From an uncultured bacterium (GTDB taxonomy: Bacteria; Babelota; Babeliae; Babelales; Babelaceae): a stretch of DNA of 64,000 nucleotides. The position numbers and the translations under genes were made by a program. Location of the stretch: assembly GCA_963848965.1 (NCBI GenBank), contig CAWKFG010000004.1, positions 288,001 to 352,000 on the forward strand, read 5' to 3'. Under the pieces are notes generated by a model, which worked only from the letters and a program-made list of their open reading frames with translations, ran no database searches and was not told the DNA's origin. Positions 38,152 through 47,888 of the stretch are shown piece after piece (the first letter of the stretch is position 1; each line of letters starts with the position of its first letter).

Positions 38152-39696
38152 ATGACTGAAAAACAGCGCTTTGATCAGCTCTATCAATCACTTACTATCA
38201 ATGGAGAGCTCATAGATGTTAACGCTCTTTTACAGCATGCTGCTCAAAAATGGCCAACAAATACTATTCTTATCTGCAATGATGAGAGTATAACTTATGG
38301 AGAGCTCTATAAGCGCTCACTAAAGATGGCCAATCAGCTTACTTCTTTAGGAGTGAAACCTGGCGATAGGGTTATTATTTACTATGAAAATTCTATAGAA
38401 TTTTATATAGCCTATTTTGGTGTCTGGCACGCAGGTGCTATTGTTGCTCCACTTAATGTTTTTTTACAAGAGGCAGAACTGTTACACATTATAGATGATG
38501 CACAACCTGCTGTTATCATTATATCTCCCACGTTACTAGAGAAACTTAAGTCCCGTCCTTTAGACACATTTCCTCCTCTTATAAGCGATATTGAAAAAAC
38601 AGGGCCCTTACCTGATGAATTTCCTAAAATTGTATTACCAAAGCGTGATCAAAACGATGTTGCTGCTCTTCTCTATACTTCAGGAACTACCGGCTTTCCC
38701 AAAGGAGTTATGCTCAGCTCACGTAATATTATTATTAATACCATTCAGGGTATTGCTCGGTTTGATGTAGGTCCTCAAGATAAAGTTTTTTGTCCTCTTC
38801 CGCTCTTCCATAGTCTTCCTCAAAATACGTGTGTATGGGCAAACACGGTTGTTGGTTCAACAGCCATTATCATTCCTAAAATAGATAGGACAAATCTTTT
38901 ACGGGGTATTGCACATAAACCTACCATGATTGTAGCAGTTCCCGCTCTTTTTGGTCTTTTTGCTCTTATGAAAACAATAGATTTTGGTCGTGTACGTTAT
39001 TTTATCTCAGGTGGTGATGCACTATCCGATAAAATACGCTCTTTTTTCTCATTGCTCTATCGTAGAAAGCTTGGTAATGGATATGGTCTTACAGAAACAT
39101 CGCCATTTATTTGCGTTGATGTAGATGATTATACACAACCTACCAGTACCGTCGGCAAACCATTTATTGGCATTAGCTGCTCACTACGTGATGAACAAGG
39201 CAATGAGATTCCTTCTGGAGACATAGGTACACTGTGGGTAAAAGGGGACAACATTATGCTTGGCTATTATAATGCACCAGAAGCTACAGCAAAAGTACTC
39301 AAAGATGGATGGCTCAATACGGGCGATCTAGCATACATTGATAAAAACGGCAAAATTGTCCTTGCAGGCCGAGAACGAGATCTCATTAGCAATAAGGGAG
39401 TTAAAATATATCCTCAAGAAATAGAGAATCTTCTTCTGAGCCATTCAAGCGTATTACAAGCAGGCGTAGTAGGCTTTAAAGAGAATGATGAAGAGCTGCC
39501 AATAGCATTTGTAGGAAGTAAAGAAGAGAATCAGGAAGCACTCATTAAAGAACTTGAAGCACTGTGTAAGCGCAATTTAGCATTTTATAAAGTTCCTCGA
39601 AGATTCATTATCAAACGCGAACTACCAGTAACTGCAACAGGCAAAGTAGATAAAAAGGTGCTTAAAAAAGAGCTAGAAGGTAGCTCAGGTTCATAA
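38152..39696 (+). CDS. Long-chain fatty acid--CoA ligase (AMP-binding family)
   Basis: Motifs YTSGTTGFPKG, GYGLTE, TGD, GR..DLI, TGKVDK. Confidence 0.9.
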   Translation: MTEKQRFDQLYQSLTINGELIDVNALLQHAAQKWPTNTILICNDESITYGELYKRSLKMANQLTSLGVKPGDRVIIYYENSIEFYIAYFGVWHAGAIVAPLNVFLQEAELLHIIDDAQPAVIIISPTLLEKLKSRPLDTFPPLISDIEKTGPLPDEFPKIVLPKRDQNDVAALLYTSGTTGFPKGVMLSSRNIIINTIQGIARFDVGPQDKVFCPLPLFHSLPQNTCVWANTVVGSTAIIIPKIDRTNLLRGIAHKPTMIVAVPALFGLFALMKTIDFGRVRYFISGGDALSDKIRSFFSLLYRRKLGNGYGLTETSPFICVDVDDYTQPTSTVGKPFIGISCSLRDEQGNEIPSGDIGTLWVKGDNIMLGYYNAPEATAKVLKDGWLNTGDLAYIDKNGKIVLAGRERDLISNKGVKIYPQEIENLLLSHSSVLQAGVVGFKENDEELPIAFVGSKEENQEALIKELEALCKRNLAFYKVPRRFIIKRELPVTATGKVDKKVLKKELEGSSGS

Positions 39697-39700
39697 TACC

Positions 39701-40441
39701 ATGAAAAAAATGCTTCTTGCTGTTATTCTCTTAGGTTGTACACTATGGTACTTTTATAAAAGCAATAAGTCAGAATTCTCTTTGTCTCAGCAACTGTCTC
39801 CTGATACAACGGTATTTGCTTTTGATCTTCATAATGTAGTACTTATTCCTGATTATCATGCTATTATAAAGCTTTTATGGAATGACTTTTTTAGATGTGC
39901 GCCCTTTTCTCTGCTTATCAAGCCATCGCTTTGGTACGATCTATACAAATTATTAAGAAGTTCAGTATCTACTGAGTATATCTTTGCATACTTGCGTAAC
40001 AATGGATATCCTGAAGTTATTCCTTTTGAGAATCTCATTGCCCATATGATGGAAGCACAGCATCTTAATACAGAGCTTATTCCCATCTTGCAAAAACTTA
40101 AACAAGAAGGATATAAACTCTCTATTCTCTCTAATATCTGGGCTCAATCACTTGAACATCTTTATAAAAAATTTCCTCTACTAAAAGAGCTTTTTGATGG
40201 CGTTTATATTCCTTCAAAAGATAATAATTTTGCAGCCAAGCCCTCATTTTTATTTTATAAGGGCTTTAAAGACTATCTAAACAAACAAGGACAAGCACAT
40301 AAACAAGTTATTTTTATAGATAACGGTGAAGATAACATAGAAGAAGCAAAGAAAGCTCAGATTTATGGCTATGAATTTACGTCTGTTAACAACTTTATAC
40401 AGTTTCTGAATAAGCACCTCTCCTTATCGCCTAAAGCATAA
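39701..40441 (+). CDS. HAD-like hydrolase with N-terminal anchor and degenerate motif I
   Basis: Motifs FAFDLHNVV, ILSN, KP, FIDN. Confidence 0.7.
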   Translation: MKKMLLAVILLGCTLWYFYKSNKSEFSLSQQLSPDTTVFAFDLHNVVLIPDYHAIIKLLWNDFFRCAPFSLLIKPSLWYDLYKLLRSSVSTEYIFAYLRNNGYPEVIPFENLIAHMMEAQHLNTELIPILQKLKQEGYKLSILSNIWAQSLEHLYKKFPLLKELFDGVYIPSKDNNFAAKPSFLFYKGFKDYLNKQGQAHKQVIFIDNGEDNIEEAKKAQIYGYEFTSVNNFIQFLNKHLSLSPKA

Positions 40442-40545
40442 GTATTTTCTGTACCTCTCAGGGGTAACACCTGTTGCTTTACCATAATAATTACTGTACC
40501 ATTACTAGAAATGTAAAAACTATAAGCAATAAAAAGTGTATAATT

Positions 40546-41328
40546 ATGAAACATATAAGAAAATTATTCCAAATAGCACTGTTTACATGTATAGTCTCTT
40601 CGATATCTGCTGCGTCTTTTACTGATCGCTTTATTTCTCTTACAGCAGGAACAGCACTAGCGCTAGTTGCACATAATATTCTTGAATACATAAGCACAGC
40701 AACTCATGAGCTTGGACATTCAGTGACGAATAAGCTTATTACAGGCGATCCTATTCGTTTTACTGTTACACCGCAGTCTGGGCCCGTTAAACTACTACAG
40801 CCCTGGGTAGGAGCATCATACTATAGTCAGCATTCTCGCTCCAGACTTGCAGATATGCTTATAACTGGAGCAGGACCACTTGCTGGCATTGCATCAACAC
40901 AGGTACAGTTATATCTTCTTAGTCTTTTAGAAAAACAGTATATACCCACTACTCAGCCAGCAACAAGCTGGCAACAACCTCTGCCTTTTATGAAAGAGCT
41001 TTATCACTTAGGAGAAAGACAAGCATCCGGTATGTCAGAGCCAATGAGTATTGCGCAAACTACTCTTACTATGCTTAAATTTTTACGCTGTTCTCGTCTT
41101 GTAGGAGAAACACTCTATGGCTTTACTCCCATTACACAGCATAATGTTATCGGTGATGGGCAGGTCTTATGGCATAAACTTCTTAATAGAAAAAGTTCTG
41201 CTTATCCTCTTGTAAGCAATCGACTTCTTTCAATTACTAGTGCTGCAATGATTGCACCTCTTGCAATAGGGATAGGAAAAGCGCTTATCCAAAAACAGAA
41301 AAGTGCTTCCTCTGACAATGTGCATTAA
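40546..41328 (+). CDS. Putative membrane zinc peptidase (M50-like HExxH)
   Basis: Motifs THELGH, AGPLAG, GDG; signal peptide. Confidence 0.6.
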   Translation: MKHIRKLFQIALFTCIVSSISAASFTDRFISLTAGTALALVAHNILEYISTATHELGHSVTNKLITGDPIRFTVTPQSGPVKLLQPWVGASYYSQHSRSRLADMLITGAGPLAGIASTQVQLYLLSLLEKQYIPTTQPATSWQQPLPFMKELYHLGERQASGMSEPMSIAQTTLTMLKFLRCSRLVGETLYGFTPITQHNVIGDGQVLWHKLLNRKSSAYPLVSNRLLSITSAAMIAPLAIGIGKALIQKQKSASSDNVH

Positions 41329-41974
41329 GGTGCTCAAATGCCACCTTTATATCATCGGTAATAGAAAAAAGAGCTGCATCCTCTTTACTAATAAGTTCAT
41401 GTTTTAGTGCAGAATGCTTTATCCAATCCATAAAGGGCCTCCAGTACTCTACTCCAATAAGCACAATGGGCGCTTTTGGCCTCATATTTGTTTGAATAAG
41501 CGTAAGGAGTTCCATCAATTCATCAAGCGTTCCAAAGCCTCCGGGGAATACTGCAAAGCCTATAGAATATTTTACCAAGAGCCACTTACGTGCAAAAAAG
41601 TAGTCCATTTGAATAGTATCTTTTACACATTTATTAAAAGGTAAAGGGTCATTGAGCCCTTTAACTCCTATACCAATAGTCGTCACTATCTGCCCTTTAC
41701 GCATAGCTGCTCCACAACTTGCTGCTTCCATAATCCCCGGTCCGCCACCTGTAAGCACAGGTATATCATATGAAGCAAGCATTCTAGCTAGCTCTTGCGC
41801 TTTTTTCATATAAATGCTATCAGATTGTAGTCGCGTTCCACCAAAGATAGTAACAGGAGCTTTTTTTAATTTTGATAATTTCCAAATTCCATAAAGAAGT
41901 TGGAAAAATACACGCGCTAAGTGCGCAATTAACGTAGCATACGCTTTTATAGTTTGCCACACAGTTGTTGCCAT
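41285..41974 (-). CDS. LOG-family protein (TIGR00730-like)
   Basis: Motifs TGGGPGIMEA, FF.RK, FPGGFGTLDE. Confidence 0.9.
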   Translation of the reverse strand: MATTVWQTIKAYATLIAHLARVFFQLLYGIWKLSKLKKAPVTIFGGTRLQSDSIYMKKAQELARMLASYDIPVLTGGGPGIMEAASCGAAMRKGQIVTTIGIGVKGLNDPLPFNKCVKDTIQMDYFFARKWLLVKYSIGFAVFPGGFGTLDELMELLTLIQTNMRPKAPIVLIGVEYWRPFMDWIKHSALKHELISKEDAALFSITDDIKVAFEHLNAHCQRKHFSVFG

Positions 41975-42138
41975 ACTATATCCTCCTTTGTAGAAAGGAT
42001 AGCGTATATAACTTCTAGATAACAAGAATACTCTTTACAACAAGGCTAAGATTATACAATGGAATTTTTTAAACAGATCTCTTCACAAATTAAAATTTAT
42101 AATTGTATAATAATAAGTAATAAAAGGGGGAGAAAGTC

Positions 42139-43317
42139 ATGAAAAAGTGGCATATACTTATTTTTTCTTTAAGTACAGTAAAACTTTGTGCATATGAGCA
42201 CCGAGAAGAATGGATAAACATTTTTGTACATGGTGCAGTTGGATTACGGTCTCATCTATCGTTAAAACTTTTTGGTCCTTTGTTACACGATAAAATAGAA
42301 GGAACTCGGTATGAAAGAGATATTGTAAAAATAAGAAATGATAAGTACCTTTTTACTATGCAAGCTATTCAAGGTTTAGGATTACAGCGCATTAGTTCTC
42401 GTAGTTCTACACCTCCGGGAGCATATGCATTTGCTACTCTTTTTGATACTACGCTTAAACAATGCCAAGGACCTGGCGTGAAAAACTGGTATTACACTTT
42501 TGGCTGGACAGGACTAGTAAGCTATAAACGAAGATATTTTGAAGCGCGGATTCTCTATAAACAGATCAAAGAAGAGCTTGCTCACTTTCATGCTCAAGGG
42601 CGCACTCCTAAAGTCCGTATTGTAGGATATAGTCATGGTGCTAATGTAGTACTCAACCTAACAGCTATACGGCATAATGACTTTTCTGAAGATTCATTTT
42701 ATATAGATGAAGTTATTCTTTTAGGAGCGCCTGTTTCTGTACGCTCTATGGAGCTCATTGAATATCCATTATTTAAAAATATTTATCATCTTTACTCTAA
42801 ATCGGATCTTGTACAATTGTTGGATATAACTGTGCCTGGCCATCGCCCTGTGCGTACATTCGCTAATATATGCCTGCCAGAATGCCTTACACAGATTGAA
42901 ATTAAGCTTTTTGGACAACCGCTTGAAGATCCTTGTAAGCAATCATTGCGCAGAAAAGTTATTAATCAATCGCCCGGGCACTTTGAATTTTGGTTCTTTG
43001 GATGGTCTCTCCAGAATTATCGAAAGAATTTAAGTATTTATCCGTTACCATTTGGTGTTCTTGCACCACTCTTTATTTGCGCAGCTCGCGCACATCCACA
43101 CTGTTCTCGTCATATGGTTGTGGATGTGCGTCTTGAAAACGGCTATACGTTTGTTACCGATAAATGTTCTGGTATAAAAATAAAACTACCGTTTATGAGT
43201 CGCTGTGAATTTGCAGATCTTCAAAAGAAAGCTCTTTATTTTCATCCATATAATCCTCGTTATCGAGATGAATATATGAAACTTCAAGCGGCAACCGATC
43301 CAAATGCTTATAAATAA
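42139..43317 (+). CDS. Secreted alpha/beta-hydrolase-like protein
   Basis: Signal peptide, IFVHG and GYSHG nucleophile elbow. Confidence 0.65.
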   Translation: MKKWHILIFSLSTVKLCAYEHREEWINIFVHGAVGLRSHLSLKLFGPLLHDKIEGTRYERDIVKIRNDKYLFTMQAIQGLGLQRISSRSSTPPGAYAFATLFDTTLKQCQGPGVKNWYYTFGWTGLVSYKRRYFEARILYKQIKEELAHFHAQGRTPKVRIVGYSHGANVVLNLTAIRHNDFSEDSFYIDEVILLGAPVSVRSMELIEYPLFKNIYHLYSKSDLVQLLDITVPGHRPVRTFANICLPECLTQIEIKLFGQPLEDPCKQSLRRKVINQSPGHFEFWFFGWSLQNYRKNLSIYPLPFGVLAPLFICAARAHPHCSRHMVVDVRLENGYTFVTDKCSGIKIKLPFMSRCEFADLQKKALYFHPYNPRYRDEYMKLQAATDPNAYK

Positions 43318-43318
43318 C

Positions 43319-44116
43319 TTAGACTGTTTGTAAAAGGTTCCAGAGTTCTAAAAGGTCCTTCATAGAAAGCTGCTGAGCTCGTGCAATGAGCAGCACCTCT
43401 GGAACCTTAGTAAGATCGTAGTGATACGTTTGCAGATTATTTCTAAGAGTACGTCGCGGTTGCTGAAAGCAGCGTTTAATAAACTGCCAAAATTCAGCTT
43501 CATTATGAATTGGTTCTACTTCTATTTTTGGTTTAAAATATAAAAGTCGTGAATCAACTTTAGGAGGTGGATAAAAAGCTCCTGGAGGTACTTTTTGAAG
43601 AAGTTTCCACTCAAAATAGCGTTGTAAAAAGAGCGAATGGAACCCATATCCTCTTCCATGCATCTTTACTATCTTCTGAGCAACCTCTTCTTGGACCATA
43701 ATAACACCCTCTTGGAGTAGCTCTCTATGCTGCTGAAGCTTATATAGAATAGGGAACGTTATTTGATAAGGAAGATTAGCAAGCAAGATCCAGGGCTTAA
43801 AAGGTTCAAAACGCTTAAAATCAATTTGTAAAAAGTCTTCTTCAAAAATAGTCATTCGCCCATCAGGATATGTTTTACGCACATACTCTGCCCATTGATG
43901 ATCTATTTCAAAGATCCAAAAACGCTTGAGCGGCTGCTGCACAATTGCACGTGAAAGAAAGCCGTCACCACAGCCAATTTCAAATACCGAGCTTTCAGAA
44001 GTAAAGTGTACCTGAGAAAGCATATGATCTACTACCGATTGTGTTCGCAAAAAATGCTGACCATACTGCTTTTTGAGCGTTATCCCATGCTGGGAACCAT
44101 GAAGTTTTTTAGCCAT
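43319..44116 (-). CDS. rsmA: 16S rRNA adenine dimethyltransferase
   Basis: Motifs GQHFL, EIGCG.G, EID, ANLPYQI, F.PPPKVDS. Confidence 0.95.
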   Translation of the reverse strand: MAKKLHGSQHGITLKKQYGQHFLRTQSVVDHMLSQVHFTSESSVFEIGCGDGFLSRAIVQQPLKRFWIFEIDHQWAEYVRKTYPDGRMTIFEEDFLQIDFKRFEPFKPWILLANLPYQITFPILYKLQQHRELLQEGVIMVQEEVAQKIVKMHGRGYGFHSLFLQRYFEWKLLQKVPPGAFYPPPKVDSRLLYFKPKIEVEPIHNEAEFWQFIKRCFQQPRRTLRNNLQTYHYDLTKVPEVLLIARAQQLSMKDLLELWNLLQTV

Positions 44117-44227
44117 TAACGTATCATATATAAATAATCTTACCTTTTCTTCAGCATACTACTCATAAACTAAAGATACAAACAAAACTTTAGTTTTTCT
44201 TGATATGCCCTTAAAAGCCGGTAAAAA

Positions 44228-44345
44228 CTGAATAACGCCGGGCTAAAGCCCTGCGGTTTGGGAGTTACTGGCATTATCAGCAGAGCTCCGTAAGACTTTC
44301 AGTGAGCCTCTTGAGTATAACTCTGTCTATACTCAAATGAACATG
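44228..44345 (-). ncRNA. Predicted TnpB omegaRNA/reRNA scaffold; guide would continue into about 44208-44227
   Basis: Structured 3' region after tnpB (TTGAGTATA-gacagagt-TATACTCAA stem and RE hairpin), conserved in the copy at 912-1007. Confidence 0.7.
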
Positions 44346-44346
44346 C

Positions 44347-45279
44347 TTAGTGACGCAATGCTATATTGAATGCAGCATTGACATCAGCATGGTCAACGTG
44401 TCCACACTCTCGACACTTAAATACCTTCTTATGCCGGTTACTTCTTTGCTGACATTTACTACAATCCTTGGAGGTATAACGAGGATCTATATACATAACC
44501 GGTACTCCTAGCAGCTTGGACTTATACTCAATATAGCTATCAAGCTTATAGTATGCCCAACTGTTCAAGAAGTGCTTAAATGAGTGTGCTGTCTTTCTTT
44601 TCCTTATTCCTTTCAACTTCTCTAACTTTATGCCTACTTTATGCTCATAGGCGTAATCTACTAATGCTCTGCTTACTTTGTGGAGCATGTCCTTTGTTAT
44701 TCTTCTTTCCTTATCTTTTGTTTTTTTAAGCTTCTTATAGTTTCCTTTCTTTTGCTGATGTCTACGCTGATTGGCATACTTTGCTCTGATATGAGCAGCT
44801 TTTTTGCCAAGTTTGAGTACTTTGCCAGTAAGAGGATCAGCCATAACTGCACAATGACCAAGAGTATTAAGATCTACGCCTACATATGAGCTTGCTTCTA
44901 TTTGAGCTCTTTCTTCTATAAAAACGGTAACATAAGCGTAGGTATGATCAAGCTCAATCTGATTAATTTTAGAGAAAGAATTGGCAAAGAAGTAAGCAAG
45001 CTTAAGTTTAAGACAAGTAATGGTAATGATATGGTTATCTTTATCTGCTTTAATACCTTGACCAGGAACAGTAAGCACAACTTTACGAATACGCTTTATT
45101 GTTTTATTGTTGGAGTATTTTTTAAGAATTTGATTAGAGATAGCAGAAGGAAGGCCAATATCTTTAACATCTTTAGAAGACCTGCTTTTAGTCTCAAGAG
45201 CGAATTGAGCAATAAGCCTTGCTTTTATAAGCTCTTGGTCTAAATCTCTATAATGCTTTATTTTATAGGTCAAAAGCAT
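44347..45279 (-). CDS. tnpB: RNA-guided endonuclease TnpB, very compact (310 aa)
   Basis: RuvC-I VGVDLN, RuvC-II KLEKL, zinc finger CSKC..CREC, RuvC-III HADVNAAFNI; AAGGAG RBS. Confidence 0.95.
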   Translation of the reverse strand: MLLTYKIKHYRDLDQELIKARLIAQFALETKSRSSKDVKDIGLPSAISNQILKKYSNNKTIKRIRKVVLTVPGQGIKADKDNHIITITCLKLKLAYFFANSFSKINQIELDHTYAYVTVFIEERAQIEASSYVGVDLNTLGHCAVMADPLTGKVLKLGKKAAHIRAKYANQRRHQQKKGNYKKLKKTKDKERRITKDMLHKVSRALVDYAYEHKVGIKLEKLKGIRKRKTAHSFKHFLNSWAYYKLDSYIEYKSKLLGVPVMYIDPRYTSKDCSKCQQRSNRHKKVFKCRECGHVDHADVNAAFNIALRH

Positions 45280-45368
45280 ATTTTTCTCCTTAAGCTTCTC
45301 GTATAAAGTATAGCATAAGGAATCAATTCATCCAACTGGCTAAAGCCACTGGCTTTCTTGATCTTTAA

Positions 45369-45523
45369 GTAAATTAGGGTGGTATTTTCTCAGACATGGT
45401 GGTAAACATGATGTTTAGACAAACGGAGATGTAACAGAACAAATACCCCGTCATAATGAAATTGATGAATATCTTGCCAAAAAGATCCTCAATACTGCAA
45501 AGAATAACAAAAGGAGAAAATAA
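45369..45523 (+). pseudogene. hicA: HicA toxin pseudogene (N-terminus lost at the IS end; internal TAG)
   Basis: KLGWYFLRHGGKHDV*TNGDVTEQIPRHNEIDEYLAKKIL; TAG at 45416 in the usual Trp/aromatic position; stop overlaps the hicB ATG (TAATG). Confidence 0.85.
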
Positions 45524-45981
45524 TGAGACTAGAAGGAAGAATCTGGAAAAGCAAAAAAAGCGCATTTTGGTTGGCTGAAGTCCCACTTTTAGACCTTGTG
45601 ACTCAAGCTGAAACTAAAGAAGAACTACCAGAAATGGTTAAAGATGCTCTTGAGTCTTTAGTCAATGATCCAGCATTTTCTGTTACAGTCAGCTTATCTG
45701 ACAATCAGTTATTTATAGATTCAAATTGTCCAAAAATAGTATTATCTTTAATGCTCAAACGACAACGTCATAAAAGAGGTTTAACGCAAGAGGAAGTAGC
45801 TAAAAATTTGAATTCCAAATCTGTTAATGACTATGCTCAATATGAGCAAGCAAAACATATGCCTACAATTGAACGACTTGAAGAATTGCTTCGTGCAATA
45901 GATCCTAAATTGAAGCCTTATCTTTCAGCAGCTGACAATGAACTAGATTACGAAACAGCACTAGTCGACATCTCAAATTAG
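45523..45981 (+). CDS. hicB: HicB-family antitoxin with C-terminal XRE HTH
   Basis: W.AEVP.LD..TQ..T.EE...M..DA domain, then R...GLTQEEVA...YAQYE...P. Confidence 0.85.
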   Translation: MRLEGRIWKSKKSAFWLAEVPLLDLVTQAETKEELPEMVKDALESLVNDPAFSVTVSLSDNQLFIDSNCPKIVLSLMLKRQRHKRGLTQEEVAKNLNSKSVNDYAQYEQAKHMPTIERLEELLRAIDPKLKPYLSAADNELDYETALVDISN

Positions 45982-46000
45982 GAAGCCGTTTTCAATATTT

Positions 46001-46037
46001 TTGGACAAATTCGATATTCAATGTTGAATTTGTCCAA
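46001..46037. terminator. Long hairpin after hicB (terminator or operator)
   Basis: TTGGACAAATTC...GAATTTGTCCAA: 12-bp perfect arms, extendable with G-U pairs. Confidence 0.5.
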
Positions 46038-46241
46038 GATTTTTAGCAAATTGAGCACAACTTTTATGCCTTTAAGCTCTTTAAGAACAGTAAAATCTTT
46101 TAGCGAATAATCACTTTGGCCGTAATAACTACGCTCTTTTTATTACTCTTGACTGGAAAAGACAAGAAATGGTATAAACAAAGTAATAGGGAACAGTAAG
46201 AACAAGCTTCTAGCATTGAGCTTTTTGAGGGGGGAACAGTT

Positions 46242-46634
46242 ATGAAAAGATCTAGTTTTGTGCTTCTAATTTTTTTTGCAGTTATCTCTCTAGCATTACC
46301 TTCTTATGCGAAAAAGCCTGGTAAAGAGCAAAAACCACCTATTATTTCCGTAAACAGAGGTCATGAGTGGCTTAAAGCAATTGGCCATGGTGCTAGCACT
46401 ATTACCTTAATAGTAGCCGCTATACAGATGTTTCTTACTGCTAAACGAGTACAAATAGCAACCCAAACAGTTATGCAAAGGGCTGAATCTGCAGATATAA
46501 AACTATATAGCCCACTAATTTATGCCGCAAGTATGATTGGGTTTGTAACCTTGCTAAAACTAGCCTATAGTGATAGCTGCAAATGCCTAGAGGCCCTAAA
46601 AAAAGCTTCTACTGGTTACGCTAATCTTTCTTAA
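46242..46634 (+). CDS. Small exported membrane hypothetical protein
   Basis: Signal peptide ending ...PSYA and two TM segments; strong RBS. Confidence 0.7.
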   Translation: MKRSSFVLLIFFAVISLALPSYAKKPGKEQKPPIISVNRGHEWLKAIGHGASTITLIVAAIQMFLTAKRVQIATQTVMQRAESADIKLYSPLIYAASMIGFVTLLKLAYSDSCKCLEALKKASTGYANLS

Positions 46635-46655
46635 GTATTCTGTTACTTTAAATAA

Positions 46656-47087
46656 CTAATCTTTTTTAGCTTTCTTATCTTTTTTGTACTCAATTGCAAG
46701 AAGCTTAGTCGCAATAGGAGAGCCACTTGGCGAATCTTCTGAACTTTCTTCTTCATCAGAAAATTCATACCTTACATTCTTTGATTTAGAATCTTTTTCT
46801 TGATCCTTTTTAACTGGCGCTGCCTGTTTCTGAGCAGTTGGTATTGGTTGTGAGGTAGATCCGGGACCCTTATAGGAAGCGGTAGGCATATCAGCTGCTT
46901 CATTTAATTCATTCCAAAACATACTCCATGCTTTGGCCCATGAAAAAGATGGGGCACGATTTTCAGAAGCTCTCATTGTAGCGACTTCACCTTGCACTCT
47001 TTGCATAGCCGCACAATTTTGACTTAATACAATGCTTACAACTAAGCAAATGAGAAAATGTAGAGAATAAGCGTTAATCTTTACCAT
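46656..47087 (-). CDS. Secreted low-complexity hypothetical protein (signal peptide then MQ)
   Basis: ...NCAA|MQR; acidic/Ser-rich patch FSDEEESSEDSP and a basic tail. Confidence 0.7.
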   Translation of the reverse strand: MVKINAYSLHFLICLVVSIVLSQNCAAMQRVQGEVATMRASENRAPSFSWAKAWSMFWNELNEAADMPTASYKGPGSTSQPIPTAQKQAAPVKKDQEKDSKSKNVRYEFSDEEESSEDSPSGSPIATKLLAIEYKKDKKAKKD

Positions 47088-47479
47088 GGCTTTACCTTCC
47101 CTTAATTTGGTAAACTTTGAACCATCCCTTAATTTTAAGGATAATCAAAAAATAATAAATTTACAAGTTTTAGCATAATTATTTTTCAAATATAAATTTA
47201 ATAAGCACATTGCTTACATAAAAAATGCAAAATATGCTCATTTGTGAAACCTGAGCTAGACTTATTTTTCAAGAAAAAGTAAGTATATAAAACCGTTTTT
47301 AAGTCTTTGTTAACATAAGCTTTTATATATCATATCCGCTTACAAATTTTCAACAAGATTTCTTACCTTATACATCCTAAGCATTAAAATTATTTACTTC
47401 AATCTTTTTTAGCTACTAAGAATAATACAATATATTAAAAATTGGAAAAGCAAATTTTTCTTGTTCAGCTTATATTGCC

Positions 47480-47805
47480 TTAATGATGTCGTAATACAAG
47501 ATCTCGAAAACCACATTATGATGAAAACCGTACAAATCATGAATGTGGAGCTAAAAAATATCATCAATACATAGCAAAACATATGCATCAGTTCAATTAT
47601 AAAGATGCAATTGATCAAGATCTCCTGATAGGCTCTGGCGAGGTAAAAAGTTCACATCGGACTATGATATAAAAGCGACTTAAATTACCTGAAGCTTGGT
47701 AGCTTGAAAAAAATACAGAGAATATGTTGGCTATACGCACAGCAAAAGCCAATAATAATGGGGAAAGTTATTGGTTAATTAACCAATACTTTTAATACAC
47801 TCCAC
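47480..47805 (+). pseudogene. Degraded transposase C-terminus, ISKra4-like
   Basis: QFNYKDAIDQDLLIGSGEVKSSHRTMI*KRLKLPEAW*...MLAIR...N..ESYW resembles the PIGSG.IES.HR...KRLK..GAWW motif; two stops and a probable frameshift. Confidence 0.7.
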
Positions 47806-47888
47806 TACAGTCTTTAGCTTGTCTTTTTTTCTTGTTTTGATAGCTTGGGTACAACAATTGTGTATAGTGTGAGCTCATGGGGTTGATG

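Larger units (their letters stand above)
44228..45368 (-). mobile_element. IS200/IS605-family element, tnpB-only (IS1341-like)
   Basis: tnpB flanked by subterminal hairpins with CTTTAG tops: LE CCAGTGGCTTTAGCCAGTTGG (about 45332-45352) and RE CCGCAGGGCTTTAGCCCGGCG followed by TTATTCAG; no tnpA; exact ends are inferred. Confidence 0.8.

Noticed and set aside
44347..45279. TnpB as Cas12f or as a nuclease-dead TldR
   Set aside because: No CRISPR array or cas genes were seen, IS-type ends flank it, and all three RuvC acidic residues are present.
45416..47701. In-frame TAG at Trp positions (hicA, transposase relic) as stop-codon reassignment
   Set aside because: Both are damaged accessory genes with other lesions. 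TGG>TAG is a single transition, core genes have no internal TAG, and TAG terminates intact genes such as hicB.
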